64,000 bases of DNA from Comamonadaceae bacterium (GTDB lineage: Bacteria; Pseudomonadota; Gammaproteobacteria; Burkholderiales; Burkholderiaceae_C): contig VIKI01000004.1 in NCBI GenBank assembly GCA_008080595.1, positions 30,212 to 94,211 of the forward strand. Direction: 5' to 3'. The stretch's first letter is position 1. Each line of letters opens with the position of its first letter. Shown here piece by piece: positions 26,028 to 36,423 of this stretch. The notes beneath the pieces are model-generated. The model was not told the DNA's origin, did not search any database, and worked only from the letters and a program-made list of their open reading frames with translations. Made by a program: the position numbers and the translations under genes.

Positions 26028-26810
26028 ATGACACCCTTGATTTTGATCACTGGCGCTTCCAGCGGAATTGGCCAGGCCATGGCCTTGCACTACGCCCGCA
26101 AAGGTGCACGTCTGGCCCTGACGGCGCGTCGCACAGACACCATCAAATCGTGGCTTGATGCTCATGGAATAAGCGCAAGCAGCTATGAACTTTATAGTGC
26201 AGATGTTGCCAACATCGACAGCATGGCCACATTGGCACAAGACTGCCAGAAACGCCAGGGAATTCCTGACGTGGTGATTGCCAACGCAGGTATCAGCCTG
26301 GGTGTGGATTCTTCTGAGCGCGCGGACCTGGATGTCATGGCACGTATTTTGGCCACCAATGTCATGGGGGTTGCGGCCACCTTTGGCCCATTCATCAACG
26401 CCATGCGTGCACGTGGTTCCGGCACACTGGTTGGCATAGGCAGCGTGGCGGGCATTCGGGGTCTGCCTGGGCATGGTGCTTACTGCGCCAGCAAGGCGGC
26501 AGTGATCAGCTATTGCGAAAGCTTGCGCGGTGAATTGCGCACCAGTGGTGTCAAAGTGGTGACGATCTGCCCTGGCTATATAGCGACACCACTGACTCAG
26601 AACAACAGTTATCGCATGCCGTTTTTGATGCAAGCAGACGCATTTGCCCAGCAAGCCGTGCGAGCCATTGAGGCCGCTGACAGCTATTGCGTGATCCCAT
26701 GGCAAATGGGCGTGGTGGCCAAATTGTTGCGCATGCTGCCAAACGCTTGGTTTGACAAATTGTTGGCTGGGCGGCCGCGCAAACCGCGGAAAACCGATTC
26801 GGCGCAATGA
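26028..26810 (+). CDS. SDR-family oxidoreductase
   Basis: TGASSGIG, NAG, YCASK. Confidence 0.92.
   Translation: MTPLILITGASSGIGQAMALHYARKGARLALTARRTDTIKSWLDAHGISASSYELYSADVANIDSMATLAQDCQKRQGIPDVVIANAGISLGVDSSERADLDVMARILATNVMGVAATFGPFINAMRARGSGTLVGIGSVAGIRGLPGHGAYCASKAAVISYCESLRGELRTSGVKVVTICPGYIATPLTQNNSYRMPFLMQADAFAQQAVRAIEAADSYCVIPWQMGVVAKLLRMLPNAWFDKLLAGRPRKPRKTDSAQ
26145..26198 (-). repeat. Element R5, inside SDR gene (antisense)
   Basis: Reverse strand ACTAT-AAAGTTC-ATAGC-TGCTT-GCGCTT-ATTCCAT-GAGCAT-CAAGCCAC-GATTT. Confidence 0.8.
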
Positions 26811-26825
26811 CTCACCAGCCAAACA

Positions 26826-26849
26826 AAAAGGGCTCCGAAGAGCCCTTTT
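26826..26849. terminator. Bidirectional terminator
   Basis: AAAAGGGCTC-CGAA-GAGCCCTTTT between convergent genes. Confidence 0.85.
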
Positions 26850-26888
26850 GAGTCGTCAGGCTTGCGCCTGACAGATCTTTGGTTCAGC

Positions 26889-27305
26889 TTAGTAGCTGCT
26901 ACGGCCACCGCCGTAACCACCACCGCCGCCGCCTGAACGGCCACCGCCAGCGCCACCACCGTAGCCGCCGCCACCTGAGCGACCGCCGCCAGCGCCACCA
27001 CCGTAGCCGCCACCACCGCCACCGCCAAAGCCGCCACCAGAGCGGGGAGGACGGGGTTCCATCGGACGAGCTTCGTTCACCACGAGACCACGACCGCCAA
27101 ATTGCTGGCCATTCATGGCAGCAATAGCGTTTTGTGCTTGTGCGTCATCGCCCATTTCGACAAAGCCGAAACCTTTTGAGCGGCCAGTGTCACGTTCCAT
27201 CATGACTTTGGCGCTGGTGACGGAACCGTGTGCTGCAAACGCTTGTTGCAGGTCTTCGTCACGGAAAGAATAAGGCAGGTTGCCTACGTAAAGTTTGTTG
27301 CCCAT
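26889..27305 (-). CDS. RRM RNA-binding protein with Gly-rich tail
   Basis: RNP2 LYVGNL, RNP1 KGFGFVEM, repeated GGGYGGGAGGGRS. Confidence 0.95.
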   Translation of the reverse strand: MGNKLYVGNLPYSFRDEDLQQAFAAHGSVTSAKVMMERDTGRSKGFGFVEMGDDAQAQNAIAAMNGQQFGGRGLVVNEARPMEPRPPRSGGGFGGGGGGGYGGGAGGGRSGGGGYGGGAGGGRSGGGGGGYGGGRSSY

Positions 27306-27506
27306 GAAAGGACTCCTCAAAATAACTCAAAACGCGATGGAGTCCAAAACCGCAACAACCAAACCTGAGAAGACTTAGAGCAGACGCGAGACTGACATTC
27401 ACCGCAAACCACACACTGTTTTCATAAACAATGCGTGGCGCATGATACGTCAAGTTTTTGTTTTTACATATTTATTTTTTAAACTGCCAAAAATGTGTGG
27501 CATCTC

Positions 27507-27746
27507 TCATGAAGAGCTTAGAGTATCTTTGGTCACCGATTCAGGCGGGCTCGGCGGTTCCTGATAGTTACGCCACTGCTGCATGGCGTTGCGCATGGTC
27601 AGCACCTGGCGCTCGAATTTGGGGCAAGCTCCGCACATAGCCATGTGCAAGCGCAGCGCGATACGCTCGCGCAAGGGCAAGGCCTGGTCTTCCCGCGCAA
27701 CGATCAATGCGGCGACTTCTTTACAGCTGCGCTTCAACGGAATCAT
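27507..27746 (-). CDS. zf-HC2 putative anti-sigma factor
   Basis: HMAMCGAC; directly downstream of ECF sigma. Confidence 0.85.
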   Translation of the reverse strand: MIPLKRSCKEVAALIVAREDQALPLRERIALRLHMAMCGACPKFERQVLTMRNAMQQWRNYQEPPSPPESVTKDTLSSS

Positions 27747-27751
27747 GACAG

Positions 27752-28327
27752 TTATTGGGTGGTAGCAAACCAGTTGTGTTCCAGGCACTCCCTCAAACGC
27801 AATCGGGCACGGTGTAATTGCACATAGAGATTGGTCGCTGTCAGGTTCAATTCCTTACAAATTTCTTCAACTGAAAGCTCCAGCCACTCGCGCATCAGAA
27901 ACAGGCGCCCCTGAGCCGCGGGCAGTTTTTCCACGCAGGCATCCATGATTTTCATGAATTGCTGGCTGCTCAAATCCTGCTCTGGGTTACCCCATTCAGC
28001 AGGCATTTCAGCAAAGTGACCATCGGGCTTGAAACCGATCAAATCCAGCATGTCTACAGAGTCGTCGTCATCCATGCTGGTGCTGATCTCACGCCCATGC
28101 AAGCGCAGCATGTCAATCACCTTGTGTTTGAGAATGCCGACCAACCATGTTTTCAACTGGGAGCGGCTCTGAAACGCCTGAGGTTTGGCCAGGGCAGCCA
28201 ACAGGGTTTCAGACACCGCATCTTCGGCCCACGCCTGATTGCGCAATTGCAACCGGGCAAACCGCAGCAAGCCAGCCTGGTGGTCAACGAGCTGTTGTTC
28301 AAAGGTGGCTTGCGGCGAAGATGTCAT
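27752..28327 (-). CDS. ECF sigma-70 factor
   Basis: AEDAVSET, TWLVGILKHK, LHRARLRLRECL. Confidence 0.92.
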   Translation of the reverse strand: MTSSPQATFEQQLVDHQAGLLRFARLQLRNQAWAEDAVSETLLAALAKPQAFQSRSQLKTWLVGILKHKVIDMLRLHGREISTSMDDDDSVDMLDLIGFKPDGHFAEMPAEWGNPEQDLSSQQFMKIMDACVEKLPAAQGRLFLMREWLELSVEEICKELNLTATNLYVQLHRARLRLRECLEHNWFATTQ

Positions 28328-28517
28328 GAAAACTCGTCATGGAACAAAAAAATTCTGAAGGGTTCTTGAACACCTGCAAAAGCGTGTACTCAAGTCAACT
28401 TCATCATAACCAGTCGACCAACCTTTCACCGATGTTCCATCGGTTAACTGGATGGCATCGACCAGGGGCCTGCAGATATACCATTACCCACCATGATCAC
28501 CTTCTTAGTCGAACACC

Positions 28518-28892
28518 ATGCAAGGCCTGCACCTGACCGCTGATTTGCATCAATGCGCTTGCGAGTCGGCCTGGCTGTGTGATGCCCACCGGCTCGGCCA
28601 GCACTGCCTGCAAGCCGTCAGCGATGCCGGACTACAAGCCGTGGCGCAGCTTTTTCACACTTTCCCAGCCACCACACACGGCCCTGGTGGAATCACCGCC
28701 ACCGTGCTGCTGGCCGAATCACACCTGTGTATTCACACCTGGCCCGAGCAAGGTGCAGTGACGCTGGACGTGTATGTGTGCAATTTTGGTGGCGACCACA
28801 GCGCCAAGGCGCAGGCCCTGATGGACACGCTGTGCGCGCTGTTTGAACCCGCACTGATCACCCATTCCCGACTGCAACGCGGTTCGACCTAG
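28518..28892 (+). CDS. speD: S-adenosylmethionine decarboxylase-family proenzyme (pyruvoyl)
   Basis: LLAE/SHLCIHTWPE cleavage motif, DVYVC. Confidence 0.85.
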   Translation: MQGLHLTADLHQCACESAWLCDAHRLGQHCLQAVSDAGLQAVAQLFHTFPATTHGPGGITATVLLAESHLCIHTWPEQGAVTLDVYVCNFGGDHSAKAQALMDTLCALFEPALITHSRLQRGST

Positions 28893-28894
28893 GT

Positions 28895-29284
28895 TCAGCG
28901 CTGCGGGCAGGGGGCAGCGGTGGTGATGCCTGCCGCGAGGGGAACCCAGTGTGACAGCGGTTGGCAGACACCGCCCATACACAGGTCATAGTCCAGGGCA
29001 AACTCTGAGCGGGTGAGCAGCAAGCGGCGCGTCCAGCGCATGTCCGGTGCGGGGCGGTAGTGCCACACACCTTTTTCAAAAAAAGAGCCAGGCGGCGGCT
29101 CCATCCCCGCGCCGCTGCCACGAATCCGGGCGCTGCTCAGGTAGAGCCAATCCCCCGCAACCCGGTAATCTTCTTCCCAGTCGATTTTTTCAATGGAATG
29201 CTGCCAGCGCAAGGTGAAGCGATCCACCGGCAGCTCCACCTGGAGACTGCCCGCCAGCAAACAAAGCGCGGCCAGCAAAGCCAT
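28895..29284 (-). CDS. DUF1850-like protein
   Basis: WQHSIEKIDWEEDY, GSGAGMEPP; typical partner of TAXI-TRAP operons. Confidence 0.8.
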   Translation of the reverse strand: MALLAALCLLAGSLQVELPVDRFTLRWQHSIEKIDWEEDYRVAGDWLYLSSARIRGSGAGMEPPPGSFFEKGVWHYRPAPDMRWTRRLLLTRSEFALDYDLCMGGVCQPLSHWVPLAAGITTAAPCPQR

Positions 29285-31389
29285 CTAGCTGGCCGTTGCC
29301 GCTACGGCCCCCTGACGGGCACGCCAGACACACCACACCAGCAACACCGCCGCCATGGCAAAACCGATCTCATCCGTGAGCCGCAAGGCCGACACCAACA
29401 TGCCTGCCGTGATCGCACACCAAACCCGCTGTGCCGTGCTCAGGTTGGCATGCAGGTGGCCGACCACCACGCCGCCCCACAGGCCACGGCCACATAAGTC
29501 CAGTTGCCTTGCAGCATCAAGGCGTTGTCGTACACCGCCATGAAGGGGATGACAAACCCGGCAACCGCAATCTGGGTGGCCTTGAAACCGATCTTCATGG
29601 GGGAAGCCTTGGCGATCGAGGCCGCGGCAAACGCCGCCAGCGCCACCGGCGGGGTCAGGTCAGCCATGATGCCGAAATAAAACACAAACATGTGCGACAC
29701 CAGCAGCGGCACACCGAGCTTGAGCAAAGCGGGCGCGGCAATCGAGCTGGTGATGATGTAGTTGGGAATGGTCGGAATCCCCATGCCCAACACCAGGCAC
29801 ACCAGCATGGTCAACAGCAGGGACAAAAACACGCTGGTGTCGCCCACCTTGAGTACCACACCGGCAAAGCTGGTGGCCGCACCGGTGAGCGACAGCACAC
29901 CAATGATCACCCCCACAATCCCGCAGGCCAGGCCCACCGGCACGGCCTGCTTGGCCCCGTCGGTCAAGCCATCACGCAGCGAGTGCAGCGTTTTTCTGCC
30001 CCCTTTGATGTACAGGCACGCCAGCACCAGCACGGCAATCACCGCCAGCACCGGTTGAATGCCCCATTTAAGAAACGTGGAAGCGCCCAGACCCAGCCCG
30101 AACCACATCACATACCGGAAGGCGGTGGAATGAATTCGCGCCGCCAGGGCCGCCCCCAGAATCAGCAGCGCGGTCATGCACAGGCCCATCATGCCGGCAA
30201 ATTTGGGCGTGAAGCCATGGAACAGCATGAACACCAGCACCGCCAGCGGCACCATCAGGTACCAGTTCTCCCGCATGTGTTTCCACGGGTTGGGGCACTG
30301 CTCTTTGGGCAAGCCCATGAGTTTGGCGCGGCCCGCCTCCAGATGCACCATGGTGAAGGCGGTGAAGTAATACAACAGCGCCGGGATGATGGCCGCCTTG
30401 ACAATTTCGGCATACGGTAAATTCAGCGTCTCGGCCATGATGAAGGCCACCGCACCCATCACCGGCGGCATGATCTGCCCACCCATTGACGCGGTGGCCT
30501 CCACCGCCCCGGCAAACACCGGCGTGTAACCAAAACGCTTCATCAAGGGAATGGTGAACTGCCCCACCGTCAACACATTGGCGACACCCGAGCCCGAAAT
30601 CATGCCCATGAAACCCGACGACAACACCGCCACCTTGGCCGGGCCGCCCTTGGCGTGGCCGACAAAACCCAGGGCAATGGCGTTGAACAAGCGGATCATG
30701 CCCGCATGCTCCAGAAACGAGCCAAACAGAATGAACAGAAAGATGTAGGTGGCCGACACCAGCGTCGGCGTGCCATAAATGCCGTCAGTGCCCAGAAAGA
30801 GCTGGTTGACGATGGCACTGAAGTCGTAGCCGCGATGACCCAAGTCACCCGGCAGGTATTGGCCCAACAGACCATAGGCCAGAAACAGGCCACACACAAT
30901 GGGCAGCGCCAGCCCCATGACCCGGCGCGTGCCTTCAAACACCAGCACAATCATGAGCGTGCCCAGCACAATTTCGGTGGTATTGGGGTCGCCGCTGTTC
31001 TGGATCACCTCGGCCTCAAAAATCAGATGGTAGAACCCGATGGCAAAGCCACCCAGGCCCAGCAACCAGTCGTACCAGGCCACCGACGACAAACTGCTTT
31101 TCTTGAATGCCGGGTAGAGGATAAACGTCAGCAAGATCAAAAAGCTGATGTGAATGGCGCGAATCGGCAGGCTCGACAGCGCCACCAAGTCGGCGGCAAT
31201 GACCAACTGAAAGGTCGAAAACAGCAGCGCAAACAGCATCAACAAGCGGGCCGAAAAGCCGCTTAAAGATCGCTTTTTGCCATGTTCATCAAATTCAGGT
31301 TCATCCCCTGCAGGTGCTTTGTGGTCCAGCAAGGCATCCAGATCAAGGGCATCCGCAGGCTGTTGGGGGGTGGGGTGGGGCTGGCTCAT
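29285..31389 (-). pseudogene. TRAP transporter fused 4TM/12TM permease, frameshifted near 29485
   Basis: ASMGGQIMPPVMG, ADLTPPVALAA; C-terminal helices GLWGGVVVGHL...TDEIG continue in another frame to 29285. Confidence 0.8.
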
Positions 31390-31414
31390 GGTGGGTTCTC
31401 TGCCTGGCCGTCGA

Positions 31415-32392
31415 TTACTTCAGCAGCCCGGCTTCACGGTAGTATTTTTCAGCCCCTGGGTGCAAAGGAATCGGCAGGCCCACTGCGGCATCTTTCTTGA
31501 CGATGCCTTTGGCCGCCGTGTGTGCCGCCACCAAGCCGTCCATGTTGTCAAACATCGATTTGGTCATGGCATAGACCGTGTCGGTGGGCACCCCTTCGTG
31601 CGTGACCAGAATGTTCTTGATAGCTACGGTCGGTATGGCGGCCGTCTGGCCTTTGTAGGTGTCCGCCGGAATACTGGCAGCCTGGTAGGCCGGGTCACCC
31701 ACCTTGGCCACCACATCAGCCGGAACCGAGACCACCACGATGTTGATGGAGATGGCCAGATCACGAATCGATGCCGCCCCCAGCCCCACGGATTGCAGCG
31801 TCACGTCCAACTGGCGGTTTTTCATCAGCTCCACCGACTCACCAAAACCCAGGTACTCCACTTTGGAAAAGTCTTTGTAAGTCAGGCCAGCGGCTTTCAA
31901 AATCGCACGGGCATTGAGCTCAGTGCCCGACTTGGGGGCACCGACGGAAATACGTTTGCCTTTTAAATCGGCAATGCTTTTGATGCCGGACTCGGCATTG
32001 GCAATGATCTGAATGTAGTTGGAATACAAGCCCGCCACCGCACGCAATTTGGTCAGCGGGGCTTTGAAACCGGCTTCCACGTCACCCTTCCAGGCATCCG
32101 AAACCGCATCGCCCAGCGCAAAGGCCACTTCGCCCTTACCCTGTTGCAACAGGTTCAGGTTTTCAGCCGATGCCTTGGTCGCCTGCACGGAAATCTTGGC
32201 CGCTGGCAACACCTTGCCGTAAGCCTGGCTCAAGGCCACGCCCAGCGGGTAATAAATGCCGCTCTGACCACCGGTGAGCACATTGATGAACACCTGTTGT
32301 GCATGCACCGCCGGAGCCAGCACCAGGCTGGCCATACCGGCCAGGCCCAGCAAGACCTGGCGACGTGTGGAAGGGATTGATTTCAAAGTCAT
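31415..32392 (-). CDS. TAXI-family TRAP solute-binding protein
   Basis: TGGQSGIYYPLG, GAPKSGT, PLHPGAEKYY; RR-containing signal peptide. Confidence 0.93.
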   Translation of the reverse strand: MTLKSIPSTRRQVLLGLAGMASLVLAPAVHAQQVFINVLTGGQSGIYYPLGVALSQAYGKVLPAAKISVQATKASAENLNLLQQGKGEVAFALGDAVSDAWKGDVEAGFKAPLTKLRAVAGLYSNYIQIIANAESGIKSIADLKGKRISVGAPKSGTELNARAILKAAGLTYKDFSKVEYLGFGESVELMKNRQLDVTLQSVGLGAASIRDLAISINIVVVSVPADVVAKVGDPAYQAASIPADTYKGQTAAIPTVAIKNILVTHEGVPTDTVYAMTKSMFDNMDGLVAAHTAAKGIVKKDAAVGLPIPLHPGAEKYYREAGLLK

Positions 32393-32477
32393 GTTTGTCT
32401 CCATCTCATTTAAAAAAATAGTCCGACAGCCTCCTGCGAGCCGCGCTGGCAACAAAAGGCTGACTGAATATACCCCT

Positions 32478-32494
32478 TGCACGCTTTGTGCCAA
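32478..32494 (-). promoter_or_regulatory. Sigma-54 promoter of the TAXI-TRAP operon
   Basis: Reverse strand TTGGCACAAAGCGTGCA = GG-N10-GC, ~85 bp upstream of the TAXI start. Confidence 0.8.
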
Positions 32495-32577
32495 GCGCCA
32501 AGCCCACAGCGACATTTTCTAAGCCATTGAAAACAAAAGACAAATTCACCACAAAAGGATGACGGGGCAGAAACTTG

Positions 32578-32625
32578 TGTGCGGATTTCTGGAATTTTTC
32601 TGCCGCCTCATGCGGAATTCAGCAC
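32578..32625. promoter_or_regulatory. Tandem DctD-type upstream activator sites
   Basis: TGTGCGGATTTCTGGAA and TGCGGAATTCAGCAC resemble the rhizobial DctD site TGTGCGGnnnTCCGCACA; ~100 bp upstream of the sigma-54 promoter. Confidence 0.6.
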
Positions 32626-32641
32626 CTTGCACTGCAACAAA

Positions 32642-33982
32642 TCAGTGGGCATCCGTTGAAATCTGGTGCCGTTTAAGTTTGTCGTAAAGCGTTTTTTTGG
32701 GGATGCCCAGGCGCTCTGCGGCCTGCGCCACATTAAACGCCGCGTCACGCAAGGCCGCAGCGATCAGGGCCGCTTCATAGGCATCCATGCGCTGCGGAAG
32801 GCTGTCGGGCGCATCACCCTGCGTGGGCTGGGTCAGCAGGCTCGCATGGCCCAGGTCAGCCACGCCCAGCACCAACTGATCGGCAAAATTGCGCAGCTCA
32901 CGCACATTGCCCGGCCAGTCCTGCAACTGCCAGCGGGCCATGTCGGCCGCGCTCCAGCTGGGCACCGCCTTCTGGTAGCGCAGGGCGGCACGCTGGACAA
33001 AATGCGCCAGCAGCAGCGCAATGTCTTCGCGCCGCTCGTTCAGGCGTGGCAAGTCGATGCGCACCACACTCACGCGGTAGTACAAGTCTTCACGGAACTT
33101 GCCTTCGGTGCTGAGCTGGCGCAAATCCAGCTTGGTGGCGGCAATCACCCGGCAGCTCAATTCCACCGTGCTGTTGCTGCCCAGGCGCTGCAACTGGCGC
33201 TCTTGCAACACCCGCAAGAGTTTGACTTGCAAGGCCATCGGCATGCTTTCGATTTCGTCCAGAAACACCGTGCCGCCGTGGGCATATTCGAGCTTGCCGA
33301 TGCGCCGCTTGTGCGCCCCGGTAAAAGCCCCGGCCTCAAAGCCAAAAATCTCGCTCTCAAACATCGCCTCGGGCAAGGCCGCGCAATTGATCGCCACAAA
33401 CTCCCCCTTGCAGCCACTGGCCAAATGCAGTTGGCGCGCCACCACTTCTTTGCCGCAGCCGGTGGCCCCGTGGATCAACACATCAACCTGGCTGGGGCCA
33501 ATGTTGCGGATGAATTGACGCACCTTGTCCATGGCCGGTGACAAGCCGACCAGCTCAGGCATCGACGGATGGGCCGCCCAGGCTTGTTTCAAGCGCCGGT
33601 TCTCCAGCACCAGGCGGCGTTTTTCCTGCGCCCTCAGGCAACTCTCCAGCAAACGCTCGGCGGCAAAGGGTTTTTCAATGAAGTCATAGGCCCCACTGCG
33701 CATGGCTTGCACCGCCATCACCACATCGCCGTGCCCGGTCACCAGCACCACCGGCAGATCGGCATCGAGCTGCATCACCTGCGCCAGCAAGTCCAGCCCA
33801 GAGGCCTTGGGCAGGCGCACATCGGTCACCACAATGCCCGCATAGTCCGCATGCAGCAGCCCCAGGGCCTCTTCGGCACTGGCGCAAGCCCGCACCACAA
33901 AGCCGCCAAGCTCCAGGGTTTGACTGGTGGCCAGGCGCACCGCCTGTTCATCTTCGACCAAGATGGCGTGGAACTGGGACAT
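32642..33982 (-). CDS. dctD: Sigma-54-dependent response regulator, DctD-like
   Basis: Receiver, GATGCGKE, GAFTGA, WPGNVREL, Fis-type HTH. Confidence 0.85.
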   Translation of the reverse strand: MSQFHAILVEDEQAVRLATSQTLELGGFVVRACASAEEALGLLHADYAGIVVTDVRLPKASGLDLLAQVMQLDADLPVVLVTGHGDVVMAVQAMRSGAYDFIEKPFAAERLLESCLRAQEKRRLVLENRRLKQAWAAHPSMPELVGLSPAMDKVRQFIRNIGPSQVDVLIHGATGCGKEVVARQLHLASGCKGEFVAINCAALPEAMFESEIFGFEAGAFTGAHKRRIGKLEYAHGGTVFLDEIESMPMALQVKLLRVLQERQLQRLGSNSTVELSCRVIAATKLDLRQLSTEGKFREDLYYRVSVVRIDLPRLNERREDIALLLAHFVQRAALRYQKAVPSWSAADMARWQLQDWPGNVRELRNFADQLVLGVADLGHASLLTQPTQGDAPDSLPQRMDAYEAALIAAALRDAAFNVAQAAERLGIPKKTLYDKLKRHQISTDAH

Positions 33983-33993
33983 GGGGATTTCCT

Positions 33994-35757
33994 TCATGGG
34001 GTGGGTGCTTGGCAACGCGGCAGCGTGACCACAAACTCGGCCCCGCCGCTGGCCAGGTTGCTGGCCGTCAGGCTGCCATTCATGGCCTGCACGATCGACG
34101 ATGAAATGGCCAGCCCAAGACCCAGGCCCTGCCCGCTGGCCTTGGTGGTGAAAAACGGCTCGAACAAATGCTTGGCCACCGCCTCCGGCAAACCGCAGCC
34201 GGTGTCGGTGATTCGGATGACGCTGTGTTGTGCGTCAGCCGCCAGCCAGATCTGCACTTTTTTGACCGGGGCCTGCTCCACCGCATCCAGCGCGTTGCGC
34301 AACAGGTTGATCAGCACCTGTTCCACCCGCACCGAGTCGCCCAACACATGCAGCAGCTCGGGGGTGTGCAGCTCCAGTGACACCGCCAGCCGCTCAAACT
34401 CGCCTTGCAGCAGCCGTGCAGCAGAGGCGATGGCGTGATTCACCTCCACCACCTGCACGGCCTGCGGGCTTTTGCGGGCAAAACCCTTGAGCTGCAACAC
34501 GATGCTGCCCATGCGGGCACTGGCCGCACTGATGTGGCGCAAGTTCTCATCCACCTGCGGCAGATTGCCGCGCTGCAAAAAGGTGCTGGCGTTGTCGGCA
34601 AAGGCCCGAATCGCCGTCAGTGGCTGGTTCAGCTCATGGGTGATGCCTGCCGCCATCTGCCCGAGCATGGCCAGCTTGCCGGCTTGCACCATCTCGTTGC
34701 GGGTCGAGCGCAGCAGGGCATCGGTCTGTTGCAGCTTGGTGTTCTTGCTGGCCAGCAGCGCGTTGGCGGACAACAGCTCCTGGGTGCGCAGCGTGATCTT
34801 GTGCTCCAGCTCGTCGGCGGCTTGCTTCAAAGCCTGCTGCGCCGCACTGCGCTCTTGCAAGCGCCGCTTGCGCTGGTCATAACTCACCGCCATGGCGGCG
34901 GCCACCAGCAACAACAGCAAGGTCACCGCAGCCGACAACAGACCCGCCCGCACCACCTTGCCCTGCGCCGGAAACTGCATCAGCTGCCAGCCCAGCCGCC
35001 CCACCGGGCGTGCAATGGCATCGCCAAAACCTTGGCGCTCTGGTGCGGCCAGGCTGGCAATCGGGGTGACTTGTTTGTCCAGGTACTGCAGCGTTTGGCC
35101 AATGCCTTGCTGCACCGACGGTTCCAATGGGCGCAGGCTGTGGTAGTTCCAGGCGCTGCGGTTGCTGAGGAACACAATGCCTTGGCGATCCGTCAGCGCA
35201 ATCGGGTCTTCGTTGCGGCTCCAGGTGTTCTCAAACGCATCCAGGGTGATCTTGACGGCAATCACGCCCGCTGGTGCAGCGGCCCCGCCGGGAATGTGGG
35301 TGGTGCTGCCAATGGCGTAAAAGTAGCCCGGTTTGCCCTGTATCGCCTCCTGAAAATACGGGCGGAATCTGAAGTTTTGCCCCATGAAACTGCTTGGCGT
35401 ATCCCAATTGCTGGAAGCAATGGTTTTGCCGTCCTGATCCATCAGGTAAATCGCGGCCACCTTGGCCTGGCGTTGCAAATCCTGCAAGCTGTCGTTGAGT
35501 TCGCTGATCAAGGCGGCCTGCGTCGGCGCAGCCAGGGCCTGTGCGGCCAGTGGCAAATGGGCAATGGCATAGGGCAGCGTGTCATAACGCTCCAGCACCG
35601 CCTCCAGGTCGAGCGCAATGATTTGCAATTGGCGCTCGCTGCTCAGGTGAATCGCCTCATAAGCGTTGCGTGCGCCCAACCAGTACGCCGCAAACACCAA
35701 GCCAGCGGCCAGCAGCCCGGCGCTGAGCCAACGAAGCGTGCGGTGGGTGGGTTTCAT
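33994..35757 (-). CDS. dctB: DctB-like sensor histidine kinase (possible in-frame deletion in the sensor domain)
   Basis: SFMGQNFRFRPYF, HELNQPL, FEPFFTTK, GLGLGL. Confidence 0.82.
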   Translation of the reverse strand: MKPTHRTLRWLSAGLLAAGLVFAAYWLGARNAYEAIHLSSERQLQIIALDLEAVLERYDTLPYAIAHLPLAAQALAAPTQAALISELNDSLQDLQRQAKVAAIYLMDQDGKTIASSNWDTPSSFMGQNFRFRPYFQEAIQGKPGYFYAIGSTTHIPGGAAAPAGVIAVKITLDAFENTWSRNEDPIALTDRQGIVFLSNRSAWNYHSLRPLEPSVQQGIGQTLQYLDKQVTPIASLAAPERQGFGDAIARPVGRLGWQLMQFPAQGKVVRAGLLSAAVTLLLLLVAAAMAVSYDQRKRRLQERSAAQQALKQAADELEHKITLRTQELLSANALLASKNTKLQQTDALLRSTRNEMVQAGKLAMLGQMAAGITHELNQPLTAIRAFADNASTFLQRGNLPQVDENLRHISAASARMGSIVLQLKGFARKSPQAVQVVEVNHAIASAARLLQGEFERLAVSLELHTPELLHVLGDSVRVEQVLINLLRNALDAVEQAPVKKVQIWLAADAQHSVIRITDTGCGLPEAVAKHLFEPFFTTKASGQGLGLGLAISSSIVQAMNGSLTASNLASGGAEFVVTLPRCQAPTP

Positions 35758-35768
35758 GGGGCTTGAAT

Positions 35769-35824
35769 ACTATTGTTTTGATAGCTGTTTGCGCTTGTAT
35801 GATAAGCGCTAGAGGCCAATTTTG
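35769..35824 (+). repeat. Element R6 (near-consensus, between dctB and GNAT)
   Basis: ACTAT-TGTTTTG-ATAGC-TGTTT-GCGCTT-GTATGAT-AAGCGC-TAGAGGCC-AATTTTG. Confidence 0.9.
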
Positions 35825-35848
35825 TTCATAGAAATGGCTTCCAAAGCC

Positions 35849-36346
35849 TCATTTCAGCCCCTTGCTCAGCACCACGCTGCGATACACCTTGCCAGACCAC
35901 TGGACAAAACCAACATGCTGGTAGCCCAGGCCGGTGTACAGCGTGATCAGGTGCTGCGCTTGCTCGGCGGTATCCATGGCCAGCTCGGCAAATCCGTGCG
36001 CCAGTGCCCACTGCTCGCAGGCCAGCAGCAGGGCTCGCCCAATGCCTTGCCCCTGGCAAGCGGGGTCAACCGCAAACTGATGAACAGCGGCGACACCGGG
36101 CCGGGTGAAGTAGGCACACTCATTCACGTCGTAAGTCGGCTTCACCACAATCGTGCCGGCCATCTGGCCAGCCACTTCGGCCACAAAACACTGCCCGCCA
36201 GCCAGACGCTGGGCGGTGACTTCTGGGGTTTGATCGACAGCGGTGTAGTTGAGCCCCATCGCACCCAGGCGGGCGTAGGCGCGATGCAGCAAGTGGGTGA
36301 GGTCAAGCAGGGAGTCGTTGGGCTGAAGGGGGCGGATCGGGTGCAT
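35849..36346 (-). CDS. GNAT N-acetyltransferase
   Basis: QFAVDPACQGQGIGRALL acetyl-CoA motif; start MHPIRP. Confidence 0.88.
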   Translation of the reverse strand: MHPIRPLQPNDSLLDLTHLLHRAYARLGAMGLNYTAVDQTPEVTAQRLAGGQCFVAEVAGQMAGTIVVKPTYDVNECAYFTRPGVAAVHQFAVDPACQGQGIGRALLLACEQWALAHGFAELAMDTAEQAQHLITLYTGLGYQHVGFVQWSGKVYRSVVLSKGLK

Positions 36347-36423
36347 GGGCTGGCGTTCTGTGGATGCCGTGATTCTATGAATCTGCCCCAGGGTGACGGC
36401 CTGCACCAAGCCTGCGCCAACAA

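Noticed and set aside
26900-27050. GC-rich tandem repeats
   Set aside because: Explained by the Gly-rich tail of the RRM protein.
31609-31630. Half-matches to the element in TAXI, also ~5139, ~49095, ~58350 and ~58626
   Set aside because: Only one arm or one palindrome matches; cannot be told from chance without a PWM scan.
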